Shown: positions 12,538 through 25,879 of the stretch, one piece after another
Position numbering within the stretch: position 1 is the stretch's first letter
How the letters are laid out: each line of letters opens with the position of its first letter
NCBI GenBank assembly: GCA_951406725.2
Contig: OX597821.1
Span: forward strand, 99,696,001 to 99,760,000
Origin: Octopus vulgaris
Taxonomy: Eukaryota
Reading direction: 5' to 3'
DNA: 64,000 nucleotides
Program-made: the position numbers and the translations under genes
The notes under the pieces: generated by a model
The model's database searches: none
What the model saw: the letters and a program-made list of their open reading frames with translations, nothing else
Told to the model about the DNA's origin: nothing

Positions 12538-13822
12538 TTCATTTTTTTGATTTTCATTTGATCTAGTTTCAGCTCATGTGCTGTGGCCATGCTGGGGCAC
12601 TGCCATTTGGTGTTGCTACATGATTTTACTTCACGAATGCTTTTCAGCAATTGACATTTGGTGCATGAGAGAGTTTGATGCAGCTGCCCTCATCTGCACC
12701 TCCTGCCGTGAAGTTGGTTCATCTGGGACACCTGACAGGAAGAGGTCCAGCTTTATTTTAAAGACATCTGCATCCACCCCATGCAGGTCTCTCAGGTCAT
12801 TCGGGAGGATATTGAAGAGCTGTGGACCTCTGAAGCCCAAGCTATCACAGTATCTTGTCCTACATCTTGATGGCAAATTTGGAGTCCTTGGCACTATGCA
12901 GTGGAACCCAGTTCTAGTATTTGTGTATCTCTCGATGTCAAAGTTTGGGACAAGTCCTTCCAGGATCTTCCAGATGTATATTATGACATATCTTTCTCAC
13001 CTACGCTCTAAGGAATAGAGTCTTAATCTCTTGAGTCTTTCCCAATAGCTTATATGCTGCACAGAGGCTATCTTCTTTGTGTAGCTTCGTTGGATCGCCT
13101 CAAGTTCTGTGATTAATTTGACACTGGTTGGTGACCATAGATGAGAGCAATAGTCAGTGGCTTAGGACAAGTGTCCTCCAGAGGACCATCATGGTTTCCT
13201 GGTCTCTTGTTCTAAAAGCTCTAAGAATCCATCCGGTCAGCTGCCTACATCTCATTGCCAATTTAGCAACATGCACATGAAAGGTTGCATCATTACTCAT
13301 GTAAATACCCAGGTCTTGCACTGATTGTGCCTCTGGGATTCCAATCCCACCAGGTCCAGTGTATTTATTGGGTATTGCATTTAGTTTTGCATGCTGATAG
13401 CATAAATCTTGAAACTTTTCAGCATTAAACTGCATGCTATTCTTTTCAGCCCACTTGTATATTTTGTGCAGGTCACATTGCAGGTGCATAGTGTCTTCAG
13501 GGTTCTGTATTACCTGTGAAACTTTTGTATCATCTGCATAACTTGTGATCGTGGCTCTCTGCGTGGCTGAGGGCCATTATGAACAGCAGTGGTCCCAAAA
13601 CAGTGCCTTGTGGAACACCGCTCACTATTTGAGCGGTGTTATTGGAGGTGGCCCCATTGGCTACTACCACCTGACTTCTATCCTTCAGAAAGTCATGAAG
13701 CCATTCTCCCAATTTTCCAGCTATGTCAAGATCACGCAGTTTGTGACACATCATTTCATGATCAACTTTATCAAAGGCCTTTGCAAAGTTGAGATATATC
13801 ACTTTCACATTTGAGTGGTATA
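12538..13822 (-). mobile_element. 5'-truncated, decayed CR1/L2-group LINE (second family), RT C-terminal half plus 3' tail
   Basis: YLNFAKAFDKVDH, GVPQGTVLGPLLF, QFNAEKFQ, GPQLFNILP, DLFLSGVPDEP; tail GGCAGTGCCCCAGCATGGCCACAGCACATGAGCTGAAAC. Confidence 0.92.
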
Positions 13823-15019
13823 TAGACATGTATATATTTACATGTATATATATATGTATACATGTATGTATGTATGTATGTATATATACATGTGTGTGTA
13901 TTTAAAACTTTGCAGTTCCCTTTGTGTTGCTTAAGTAGGCTGTCATCTCTCCAATTACTTTCGCATACGCATTCTTAGAATCTTGTATATTGCAGTCCAG
14001 CTCATTGTCACCTACTTCAATGTAATGGGCCACTCCATCAACCACTTTTCAGTGTCCAGCATGTCCTCTACACCATGGATCTATATAGTCAAAGGAACTT
14101 AAGGACCAATACGTTGTATTTAATGTCAGAGCTTGGCACTGATTGGTTGAAAACGAACTTTTCTCTTCCTGCTTTTCCACCAACATGTAACACAATAATT
14201 CCTGCTTCATCGTTTAACCCACCTTTGATTTGGATTTTTCTTTCCATCTCACTTACTGACAGCTTCTTTTCCCCCTCTTTTTCCCCTGTTTGCACATGAA
14301 TCCTTAATGTTACTTATTACTTTTCCTGTCAGCTGCCTCTAGTCATTCCGTTAGAAAATATATAAATCACTTATTCTTCAGTTTATTCTTTTTTCCCCTT
14401 ATATATCAACCCCAAAGAAGGACTTTATCCCAAGCATAGACTCTACCAAATCAAGAATATTCTATAATTCTAAAGTTCTAAGTGTTACTTTTACAAAAAA
14501 ATAAATAAATAAAATTCCTACAGACACAAATCTCCACCAAGTTTCTTAGGATACTATTTTACCTCAGATTATTTAAGGCATAGGCTTGGATGTGTGGTTA
14601 AGAATTTTGCTTCAAAATTATGTGGTCTTGGGTTCATTCCTACTGCAGATCACAGTAGATATGTACTTCTACCTGGACTGACCAATTCCTTGTGCCTGAA
14701 TGAGGCAGAAACTTTGTGGAAGCTCATCACACGTGTGTGTATAATCGATGATAGAACTGGTAACTGCTAATATCCTTTATTATGGATGTTCATTAATTCT
14801 TCCTCTCTGAAGATGGAATAGTTGGCTTATATGGTAATTTTTGCTCAATGATTTACACACCATATATATATCTGTTAAAGATATGCTGCTGTAAGTGACT
14901 TTATGCATTACTTCTTAGTCCCTTATTTACTCCAAGAACTCTACAGTTATGCTTGAATTATAAATTACATGCTGTAACATGATACCACATGTTTTGCTTG
15001 TTCATTTCTTTCTTTCTAA

Positions 15020-15052
<33 letters not shown>

Positions 15053-15424
15053 TTGGGCAAATGTCTTTTAGTTAGCCTCAGGCTAACTAAAGCTTTGTGT
15101 GTGGTTTTGGTAGACAGAAACGGAAATAAATCCATTGTATATATGTGTGTGTCCCACCATTGCTTGACAATTGTTGTTGTTGTGTTTATGTCCGTGTAAC
15201 TTATGGTTTGGCTAAAGAGACTGATAAAATAAGTAACAGGCTTTAAAAAATATAAATATGTACTGGGGGTATAATTCTTCAAGGTGGTGCCCCAGCATGG
15301 CTGCAGTCTAATGGCTGAAACAAGTAAAAGAATAAAAGAAAATGCATAGATTATGTAATGCAATCTATATTGAAACCTGTATTACACAATACAATCTGTA
15401 GTATATATATATATATATATGTGT

Positions 15425-15760
15425 GAAGGTACGTGGCTCAGTGGTTAGAGAGTCAAGCTTACGATCGTGAGGTTGTGAGCTCAAATCCCGGACTGGGCTG
15501 TGTATTGTTTTCTTGAGCAAGACGCTATATTTCACGTTGCTCCAGTTTACTCAGCTGTAGAAATGAGTTACGACGTCACAGGTGCCAAGCTGTATTGGCC
15601 CCCTTGCCTTTCCCTTGGATATCACTGGTGACGTGGAGAGAGGAGGCCGGTATGCATGGGCGACTGCTGGTCTTCCATAAAAACAACCTTGCCCAGACTT
15701 GTGCCTCAGAGGGTAACTCTCTAGGTGCAAGTCCATGGTCACTGTCTGACCGAAGGGGGT
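15425..15760 (+). mobile_element. SINE family B, near full length
   Basis: TGGCTCAGTGGTTAG A-box, degenerate B-box, TTCTTGAGCAAG centre; related copies at 1591-1817, 49281-49605(-), 59835-60212. Confidence 0.8.
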
Positions 15761-15761
15761 T

Positions 15762-15796
<35 letters not shown>

Positions 15797-15850
15797 CACA
15801 CACATATATATATATATGTAAAATTCTGTAATTATGAGTATAATTATAAT

Positions 15851-15963
15851 TAGGGTTCAGCAAAAATTTACCTCACCACATACTGAAAGTTAGAAATAGC
15901 AGTTAAAACCTAACTATTTCACTACCATAAGAAAATCTCCCAGCAAATTTTTGCTGAACCCTA
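15851..15963. mobile_element. 113-bp hAT-type MITE
   Basis: TIR TAGGGTTCAGCAAAAATTT / AAATTTTTGCTGAACCCTA with 8-bp direct repeat ATTATAAT on both sides. Confidence 0.75.
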
Positions 15964-16618
15964 ATTATAATTATAGAATTTTGTGTAAGTTTACCAATAA
16001 TGGTTCTTTTAACATACTGAACTACTTGGTAAAATTATTAATTAATTAATTAATTAATTTTACCCTTTATTTACTGTCTGTTGTTCATGCTGGCATGATG
16101 GACAGGTTTGACCAGGGCTGGCAAGCTAGAAGGCAGCACCAGACTCCAGTCTCATTTGGTGTGGTTTCTATGGCTGGATGCCCTCCCTAATGCCAACCAC
16201 TCCAAGAGTGTAATGGGTACTTGTGTGTGTGTGTATGCACAAACACGCAAATCGCATACTTCTAATGCACATAGTACAATATATACATAACTTATAAATT
16301 TAAAAAAGCAATACATATATGATAAATAGTATAATAATAATATACAAAGAAAATATAATGAAAATATATTGGTGAATATATTCATCATTATGATAGTAGT
16401 ATAAGTGTTTTGTAGTAGGCTTTATCAGATCATATATATAGAATGTTTCTTATTTAAAACATTTTTTTATTGATGATTGGTGTGCATTGATTCAAGGATT
16501 TAATCCATCTGTAGTTGGTATTGTTTCAAAAGTATTGATCTTTATGTCAGTATTTTGAATCCAGTTCAGTCTTTATTTAATAATATGTAATCTTTTGTCT
16601 TTATTTAATTATATTTAA

Positions 16619-17017
16619 CTAGCAGTATCGCCCGGCGTTGCTCGGGTTTGTAAGGGAAATAACTATATAAGCATTTTTAGAGATGTAAAGTATAATAGCC
16701 ATCTCAATATGGCTAACCACAAAGGGGAGGGGGTGTTACTGTAGCTTTTTACGTTCTGAGATTGAATAATAAACTTTTAGAGAGTTACTTCCCTTATATA
16801 TGCCAAAAATGCATTAAAAATGGGAAAAATTGATGGTAAATTTTTTTTTAAATCGTAGACTCATCGTAGACGTGCGCTAATACCCAGAAGGGCTCGATAT
16901 GAATCACGACTATAAGATACCTGGTTTTGGTTAAACTGCACTGCAAAATGTGGGAGTAGTTAGGAATCTAAATCGTAGGAGATAGACAGCACACAACCTC
17001 ACTTTTATATATAAAGA
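16619..17017 (-). mobile_element. Non-autonomous Helitron, 399 bp
   Basis: Minus strand starts A|TCTTTATATAT and ends CCCGAGCAACGCCGGG (GC hairpin) CGATACTGCTAG|T: 5'-TC, 3'-CTAG, subterminal hairpin, A/T insertion site, no TSD. Confidence 0.88.
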
Positions 17018-17560
17018 TTTTTTGTCAGGATGTTAAATTTCTCTTCTGGGCATAGTTGATATTTCTTGGTTCCGTTGCTACATAGGATGGGATTTTTAAT
17101 GACTGACAAATCTATTTTAGTGTTATTGGTATTTTTTGCATGTAGAGTTTTAGGAAATTTAGCCAATTGACAACGTTTTTGTCTTTTGGGTACTGAAAAG
17201 ATAACAAGTATTGCATATACTAGCTTTTACATTAATTCACTGTCTTTATCATCAGTTGATGAGACTTTGTTGTGGTATATCAATACGTTACCAAGGCACT
17301 TTCCATTAAAAAAAAACAAGAAGTTTGGATGTTACAATACTACAGAAATGGCGGTTCAAATCTGAGTTTGTTTTCATATGATTTCTTCTGTTGATCTTTA
17401 ATGTTGAAGAGGTGAATGCTTCAATGCAACTATAGCTAACCTTTACTATATTTTGTTTAAAAAGTTTGTGATATTTGCTATAGTTAATCCTTTCAATACC
17501 AACATAACTGACATTGCTTGAAATTTTCATGATCCTAGATCACCAACCTGTCTGAAACCA
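17018..17560 (-). mobile_element. Degenerate Penelope-like element remnant (ends approximate)
   Basis: Minus peptide YHKLFKQNIVKVSYSC resembles the LHKIFNRNTVKVSYSC linker between RT and GIY-YIG in Penelope-like elements. Confidence 0.55.
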
Positions 17561-18996
17561 ATTTGAATTACCTATTAATTTTGTTACTACTTAATGATAA
17601 CATGGTCAGGTACCAGAGTTAAATGCTCCCAGTGCAATCTGTAATGTAAGTGATAAATAAACAGAGACAGTGTGGGACCGAGAAAAACCTTTCACTCATG
17701 TCAACGACATGATAACCTCTCTAGAGTTGATGATATAATGAAATGCTCCCAGCTCACTCTGAAAGTGATTGGTGTTAGAAAAGGCATCCAGCTGTAGAAA
17801 CCATGCTGAAAAGAACATAGAAGCATGATGTGATCCTCTGAGCCATCTAGTAGGGCAGTATTTTCAAGTGAAGTGGATCTTGACTTTGATAGCCCAGATT
17901 GCTTGTTATGCCAACATGGAAAGTAGTTGTAAAGTGATGATGATTTTGCACACACACACACACACACACAAACAGACCAGAGAAAACATACTCATAAATT
18001 TGTTTTATTTATTGTCATTAATTCTTGAGGTGGGGTGAAGCTTCAGTGACAAATGTTTCTCATTCAGACACACACACTCACACACAATTGTAGTATGAGA
18101 AAAATATGGTATTTTTTTACTGAACTAATGTATTATTTCTATATGATTGTTTAATCTGCTAGAAATAGCAACCAACTCTTCCTTAAATTGCATCCTATCA
18201 TGTTAGAATAGTATATGTTGCATAACATGATCCTGGCTTTGCGTTATATAGTGAGAAGGCATGATGATCATTGATGCAATGCCTTTGAACATGTCTATTC
18301 AATGAGGGCAAGTGTCTTCTCCTGCAGCCCCTGGTCAACCAAAGCCTTGTGAGTGGATTTGGTTGACAGAAACTGAAAGAAACCTGTTGATATATATATC
18401 TGTTTGTTTGTCTCCCACCATCACTTGACAACTGGTGTTTGTTTGTTTGTTTGTGTCCCTGTGGCAGTACAACTAAACCCTTCCAGGCATTGCCCCAGCA
18501 TGGCTGCAGTCCAATGAATGAATGAAGTTAAAGATGTAAGATATTATTTAGCTGGTATTTGGAATATAGATTAAGAGGAAATTTTGGTGAAAGGCTTTAA
18601 CTTAGATCACTTTAAACTAAGAAGTTTATATCATAAAACTACACATGACCTTAGGCATGTTGGTTTCAAAAGGTTGAAACTGTTATTTACTTTAGACTGA
18701 TTAACATTATTTATATTAAAAGTGTTTGCAATGAATTTATTGTTTAATGTCTTAGTAGTAAATTACCCTGATTGGATTGCATCTGTTTTGAGAAAGAACC
18801 CATTTAAATGGACTTGAATAAACATTATTAGTGGAATTAGGCTAGTTTTTGTTACAAGCTACTCTCTCCCTACTTTTGCAGTTTATAGAATATTCTTTGT
18901 ATCTTTAAATGTTTATTTTTTAATTATTTTATTTTTTATGTTAAAGGGCTGTTCATTTGCTAAATATCATTTGTTATTTTTATTTTGTCTCAACAG

Positions 18997-19088
18997 GGGG
19001 AGAAAAACAATGGCTTTTTTGTGCTTTATCATAACATGAAACATGGCCAAACTGCTAGCAAAGAGTTTATTGAGTTTTTGAGAGAGAG
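18997..19088 (+). CDS. FCHO2: FCHO1/2-like F-BAR protein, internal coding exon (probably exon 2), 92 nt, phase 0 to 2
   Basis: ttttgtctcaacAG|GGG...GAGAG|GTaaga; translates [30 protein letters not shown](S), recognisably like vertebrate FCHO2 N-terminal [35 protein letters not shown]. The symbol denotes the family; an invertebrate gene may be co-orthologous to FCHO1/FCHO2. Confidence 0.93.
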
Positions 19089-21005
19089 GTAAGATTACAG
19101 CTTTTATTTCATTTTAAAATTTGTTAAATTTTTGTACAAACTTTTTCTAAATGAAAACACATTATTATCACAATCCCTAATGTCTGTCTTCAAATCAAAT
19201 TATAGCTTTGGTGAAGTTTTGATAAGAATTGTTTTTTGATTTGATTTTGTTGAAAAAAAAAATTTTAAACTATACAAAAATAGCAGTTGGGAAGTGGAGT
19301 GGTGGCTTTTTTAAGATAATTATTTTGATAAATACTTTTGAGAACAGTAAAAGAAAAATATATAATTTTTATTAAATATGATGCTATTGAGAATGATGGA
19401 ATGCTGTTTAGAAACTGGTGAAGGTCACAGCAACTGACTGATTAAAGCATTGACTTACTGGCACAAAGTTTATGAGTTCAAACCTAGCTACTATTATTGC
19501 TGTACAACTAGATGGCAAACTGGCTGAGTTAAGCATAGGGTAAAATGCTCTGTGGCTCTCTGCACTATGAGTTCAAATCTTGCTGTGGTCATCTTTCAGG
19601 AGTTGAAGTAATAGTCCAACGAAGAGGATTAATGGAATTGTTACAGCATTAGCTGTGTGATTAGGGAGTTTGCTTCTTAATCATTCAATCTTTAGTTCAA
19701 TCCTTCTGTGTGGTACTTTTACAATAGCCCTGACTTGACCAAAGCCTTGTGGGTTGATTTGATAGACAAGAAACTGGAAGAAGTCCATCAAGTATGTTTG
19801 TGTTTTGACATCATGTGATGGTTGTAAATGAGCATCACTGTCATAAAAGCGAGGTTATTTGTTTGCAGTTATCTGTGAAAAACCCATCTGGCCATGAGGA
19901 AACAGGTGAAGGTTGGTGACAAGATGGATATCTGGCTATAGAAAATCTGCATCAATAAATTCCACCTGAGCCATGCAAGCATGGAAGAAATGGACGTTAA
20001 ATGATGATGGTGAGGAATAGATAAGGTGTCTTATGTCATTTGTTGTAATTCTTTCTGGGGTTCTGAATTCTTGGGCAGTCAGCTTAACCTCTTTGAGACA
20101 CATGGTGTTTTGGTATGCGTAGCTAAAAAGACCAAAACATTTTTCTTTTGAGATTGAAATTGATGGGTGCATGTAGAAAACAGGATAAAGTGCCTAAAGC
20201 TACTTTATTAGTATGTAAGTTTATATATATTATGAAAGCTTATAAACAGTATAATACATCTATCACAATAAGGAAACCTAAAACAACCCAATACATGTAA
20301 ATAAATAAAATAAGCATAGATGTTTTCGTTAAAAATCAAAAACAATGTACTGAAAGACGATCTCTGATAGGCTGTTAAACTTTAAAACGAATCATTCACA
20401 ACGTTTGTTTCATTGGGCCAATGGATGGGCTTCAAAGTCCTTTTAGCTTGTATCACTTGGGCTGATCAATTGGCCCGGGTGTCCCAAGAAGGTTAATGAG
20501 TCCTCTATTTAATACTATCATGCAGTTCACACTTTTGCAAACATTTGAGCTACTTCTCTGGTTTAAGAGTGAGTCTTTTTTCTTCTTCCCACTAGTCTTG
20601 GAGGATCTGCCTAAATGCTCATAGGTACAACACTTCCCTCTCTGATCAAACAATAAACAAAAGAGAAAAGAAGAAATTGGTGTACTTTATTAAGAGAGCT
20701 TTGCTATAAATATTCCTCTCTAGTCCTGCAGTTGTTGATGTTGGTTTCTTGTTCCGGCCATTCCGCTTGTGACCACTTTGACTTGCTTTCTATGCATACA
20801 CTTTTCTACACACACACACACACATGTTCACAAATATATCATCATCATCATCATCATCGTTTAGCGTCCGCTTTCCCTGCTAGCATGGGTTGGACGGTTC
20901 AACTGGGGTCTGGGAAGCCAGAAGGCTGCACCAGGCCCAGTCTGATCTGGCAATGTTTCTACGGCTGGATGCCCTTCCTAACGTCAACTCACAAATATAT
21001 ATATT

Positions 21006-21060
<55 letters not shown>

Positions 21061-24000
21061 AAATTGTAGTTGTGGTCTGTGCCGGTGGCACATAAAAGGC
21101 ATCCACTATGCTCTCAGAGTGGTTGGCATTAGAAAGAGCTTCCAGCTATAGAAACCAAGTCAAATTCATACTGGAACCTAGTGCAGCCCTCCAGCTTACT
21201 AATTCCAGTCAAGTTGTCCAACCCATGTCAGCATGAACAGTGGACGTTGAATGATTATGATGACGATGATGATATTGTCCTCATCCTCATCATCGTCATT
21301 TAACATCTGTTTTCCATGCTGGCATGGTTTGGACTGTTTGACTTGGAGCTGGCTAGCAGGGAGCTGTTCAGACTCTAATTGTCTGTTGTGGCATGGTTTC
21401 TATGGGTGGATGCCTTTCCTAACACCAACCACTTAGCAGAGTGTGCTGGGTGCGTTTATAAAGCACTGGCACCAGTGCGTTAATGCAGCATTGGCACAGG
21501 TGCTTTTTAAGTGGCACCAGCCTGAAGGGACAAATCTGTATGTATGGAAGACTGATTTTATTTAGCTTGGCATGTCTCATCAAGTGTACATCTCTCAAAC
21601 GCAACACACATGCATACATACTATTTGCTTTTCTAAAATAAGAACAACCTGTTCTTAAGGGCTATGAAGGGCAACTTGGTGTCCATAGCTGAAGATGTGC
21701 AATGACACAGAAATGCATATGTCCTACAGTTTAATGACATCATTCATAGTTCAGTGATGTGTTTTCACAGTGCTACATAAAAAGCTGGTGTTTAGAAGGG
21801 CATCCGAATGTAGAAACCATACCAAAGCAGCTCTCTGGCTTGCCAGCTCCTGTCAAACCATCCAAGCCATGCAAGCATGGAAAGCAGACTTTGATTGATG
21901 GTAATAATGATGGTGATTGTCTCTAAGGATAATTTTTCTCTCCAGACAATTTCTGCAGTATGATGATGATGTTCTTCCATGTTGGAGTTTACATGAACAT
22001 ATTAAATATGATTGTACACGCCTATATTTCATTCAGTGCTACTTAGTATACCCCCTTCTTCTCTCTCTCTCTCTGTATATGTATATGTGTGACAGGCTTC
22101 TTTCAGTTTCCGTTGACCAAACCCATTCACAAAGCTTCAGTTGGCCTCAGGCTACAGTAGAAGACACTTGCCCAAGGTACTACATTGTGGAACTGAATAT
22201 GAAACCACAACATGTTTGCGAAACAAACTTCTCAACCAAACAGCTATACCTACAAAATACATATGTAAATTATAAAACAGAAAGAGATTTTTTCTGCTCT
22301 CTCAGACATAAGTGGACTCACTAAATGTCAGTACCTCCTCTTCTCTTGGCATACAATCTTATCTAAACTCACCAACTTCCCCATATAATTAGGATAGATT
22401 TAATATTTATTTAGACTGGGAGGGATATTATTTTGATTAATGTTTTTTTATATTTTTTTTTCATATGATACAAGTTATTTTCCATTGTTTAACTTCTCAT
22501 CTTTCATAATAATATTAGACTAGCCAACTTACTATTTAATCCAGTCAACATACCAAGTAATCAGGATGATCAGAATCATTGTGCCCCTCCACCCTCTCTC
22601 TCAATATTGCAGTCATTCACAAAAGTGGCAATTATAAAAGAAAATATTTTGCTTTATGTCACAAGGGTGGAAATTAAATTTAGCAGTTTTAAACTTTCAC
22701 CTACATAACTGCTCTAAATACCATACTGATATGTTGTCTAGGATAAATTTATTCTCTCTGTATTTCTGTTGCTCCATTGCTCTATAGACTTGCAGCAAAG
22801 AGAACTACGCAAAAGAAGACATCCAATGAGAAAGTGGTTGTGTTAAACTGAGAGACAAATTAACCACCCATGAATAATTTAATTCCATCTTGTGGGCTTC
22901 TGTATAGTGTTTCTATATACCATATTTGATGGTATATAAGAGGCACTTTTTTTTTACCCCCCCCCCCCCCCAATAAAAGTAATGTTTTGGAAAATCATCC
23001 TGAGTCCTATATGCAAAGTTGGTCTCTTATATAGTAATTTTATCCCTGATACTCACTTTGTAGGATGATTTTAATCCAGACAGTCTTTTCTATGTAGTCT
23101 GATTCCTTAATAGTAATATTTACTTATTATATACAGTAATGTTTTCTGCTATATTTAAGGTACTTTTGTAATGTTTTGCAATGTGCTGCTAGATTGCTTT
23201 AAATATCACATACTTTCAGCCTTTAAGCATTTAAGCTGGCCATATCCGGCCGAAAGACTCTACCTATTTTATCGTCAAACTGGCCAGATTTGGTATCTCG
23301 CACTTACCCCATAGTGTTATTCTAGAAATAAAGAATCATGTCATTGAAATCTCAAAGCTACTAAGTAATGCATGTCTAATTCATATCAATGTGAATAAAC
23401 AAGCATTATGCTTGGCAGACTAATGGGTTAATGATCTAAAAACATTTTTTCCATGACTGTGTGCTGCTAAAATTGGGGTACATCTAATATGTACCCTGTG
23501 CCCTTTTGTCTTTTCTATCATCTAATCTGCTATTCAGTTCCACTCACAAAGCTTGGGCTGACCTCGGGTTATAGAAGAAGACATTTGGTTCATGTGCTTC
23601 ATGGTGAGAGAGAACTCAAAATTACATGATTGTGAAACAAACTTCTTAACCACATGGTTATTTCTGCTATTCCAGTGTCCAGGTATCTGGACTCTTGGTA
23701 CTAGAATTTCTGTATTCAAAGAGAATTTGACTTAGAATTGATCTTCTTTATTTGTATGTTCACCAGCTAAAACTTTGCTTCACCCATTGTTACTCTTCTT
23801 GATCTAACTAAAAAATAGTTGTGGCACGTAAAAAGCACCCAGTACACTCTGTTAAGTGGTTGGCGTTAGGAAGGACATCCAGCTGTAGAAACCATGAGTC
23901 TGAACAGCTTTGCTAGCCAGCTCCATGTCAAACTGTCCAAATCATGCCAGCATGGAAAGCAGATGCTAAATGATGATGATGATGATAATGACGTCACGGA

Positions 24001-25035
24001 TTAGTGGTTAGCAGTAATAAAGTCATTCAGCCATTAAGATGCTTGTTTCAATATGTGAACGTCCAAATGTAGGATACTTCATTCACTAATCCTCGCATGA
24101 ATAATCAGGTGTAAAGTAATCATATGAAGTCAAATATTCTCTACATTTATTATATTAGATGATGATGATGATGGATATAATAATTAATTGTAGAATTAAT
24201 TACCAAATGACAAGTATAAATGAAAAGGAACTTAGGTTAATTAAGAATTAGATTTAGTTTTAGCATCAAATGTTAAGGTGCATCTTATGTTGTTGACAGT
24301 ATGTCAACTGAGACCAATAGTTGGTATATTTGATAAACGATTAGTAGCATTTAACTGCTGTCCTTTTAGTTATTAATAAATATTATATACTGCAAAGGAA
24401 CAGTTCATCACAAAAGTGATGTTGCTGTGTACTTAAGCATTAACAGAAAATCACAAAAACAAAAAAACAAAAAAAATCTGGCTGTGTGGTAAGAAGCTTG
24501 CTTCCCAACTACATGGTTCCAGGTTCAGTCCCAGTGTGTGGCACCTTGGTCAAATGTCTTCTGTTTTAGCCTTGAACTGACCAAAGCCTTGTGAGTGAAT
24601 TTGGTAGATAGAAGGTTGGTGACAGGAAGGGAATCTGGCTGTTGAAAATTCACTTCAACAAATTCTTTCTGACCCATGGGACATTAAAACAATGATGATG
24701 ATAAATCTTTTATAAGAACATTTTGTTACTTTGTGCTTTAAACATCAGCTTAATATTAGTGCAGTCAGTTATTTTATTAAGCCCTTCCTAATTTTTGATT
24801 ATTTAAAAAAAAAGTAATTGAAACATATGGACAATATATTTCATTAGAAATATAACAAAAGGCTTAAGAATCTGATAAAGACAATAGAAAAATTACTATA
24901 GTGTATTTTCTCGAATTACTGCACATAAATCTTCAATGAATTTACAAAGATCTGTTAGGTTATGTAACATTAATAAATGCTAATCTTGTCTTAACCTGCA
25001 CTGACTTATTAACTTAAAAGAGTGCAGAGTTTCTT

Positions 25036-25447
25036 GGATCTTTTCGGTTTGAACAGCAGTTTTTTCTAGCGGTGTCATGAAATTGTCACCCATAATTATG
25101 ACCCTAGTATTGATCTATTGCATTTCAATCTGTTTTAGGGTTAGGGGTGGGGGGAAGGGTATCTTTTTTTTCTTCAGAAATGTAAATAACCCCAATCTGT
25201 TTCTTAAACGAGGGACATATTTATACGGCACAGAATGTTTTCACCTCAATAGACGTCATTGATTGGTTGAAATTGCAGAAATTGAAGGAAAAAAAAACAA
25301 CAAATATCTTACAAACTATAGAATTTTCTCAATAAGGCCAAGAGAAAAAGATGTTTTATAAACACATTCTACCAGTATATGAAGTTTAAAAGTGTTTAGT
25401 TACGTGGAAATTATTTTAAAAAACTGCCGTTCAAACCGAAAAGATCC
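25036..25447. mobile_element. 412-bp MITE, Merlin-like
   Basis: TIR GGATCTTTTCGGTTTGAAC(A/G)GCAGTTTTT at both ends; perfect 8-bp TSD AGTTTCTT (25028-25035, 25448-25455). GG termini plus 8-bp TSD fit Merlin better than hAT (inference). Confidence 0.88.
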
Positions 25448-25879
25448 AGTTTCTTCACTTTTTTTCACTGGGTTGGATGGTTTAACTAGATCTGGTGCAG
25501 CTCTCCTGCTTGCCAGCTCTGGTCAAACCATTCAACCCAAGCTGGTTTGGAAAATGGGCATTAAGAGATGATGATGATGATAGTGGGTTGTAGGACTATT
25601 TTATTATAAATTCACTGCTTAATTATTTTCTGCAACAAATAATAAAGTAAATAAAGTTAATTACCTTGCTAACAACATAAAATAATGTCTACAACAGAAT
25701 GAAAACTTGTGATTCAACAAGGCTAGTATTCCTGATAAGAATACACTTGCTGGGATCTAATTGAATTGGTTATTAGGAGCATACTGAAACAACTAGTCAC
25801 TTAGATTATAGTGACTTGTTGAGTTTATTGGTTACTTCTTGGTTGATTAATTGCTGTAGATATTCTCAGTTGCAGCTGT

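Noticed and set aside
1-18996. First coding exon of FCHO (expected to end ...FW|GT)
   Set aside because: No convincing ATG...TGG|GT exon found by eye; probably upstream of the window.
22788-22851. Possible duplicated or alternative FCHO exon after a good pyrimidine tract (TCSKENYAKE resembles CSVEENYSKL)
   Set aside because: The similar peptide is in the wrong phase and hits a stop; the in-phase reading also stops after ~20 codons; no strong donor. Likely chance, though a cryptic terminal exon cannot be excluded.
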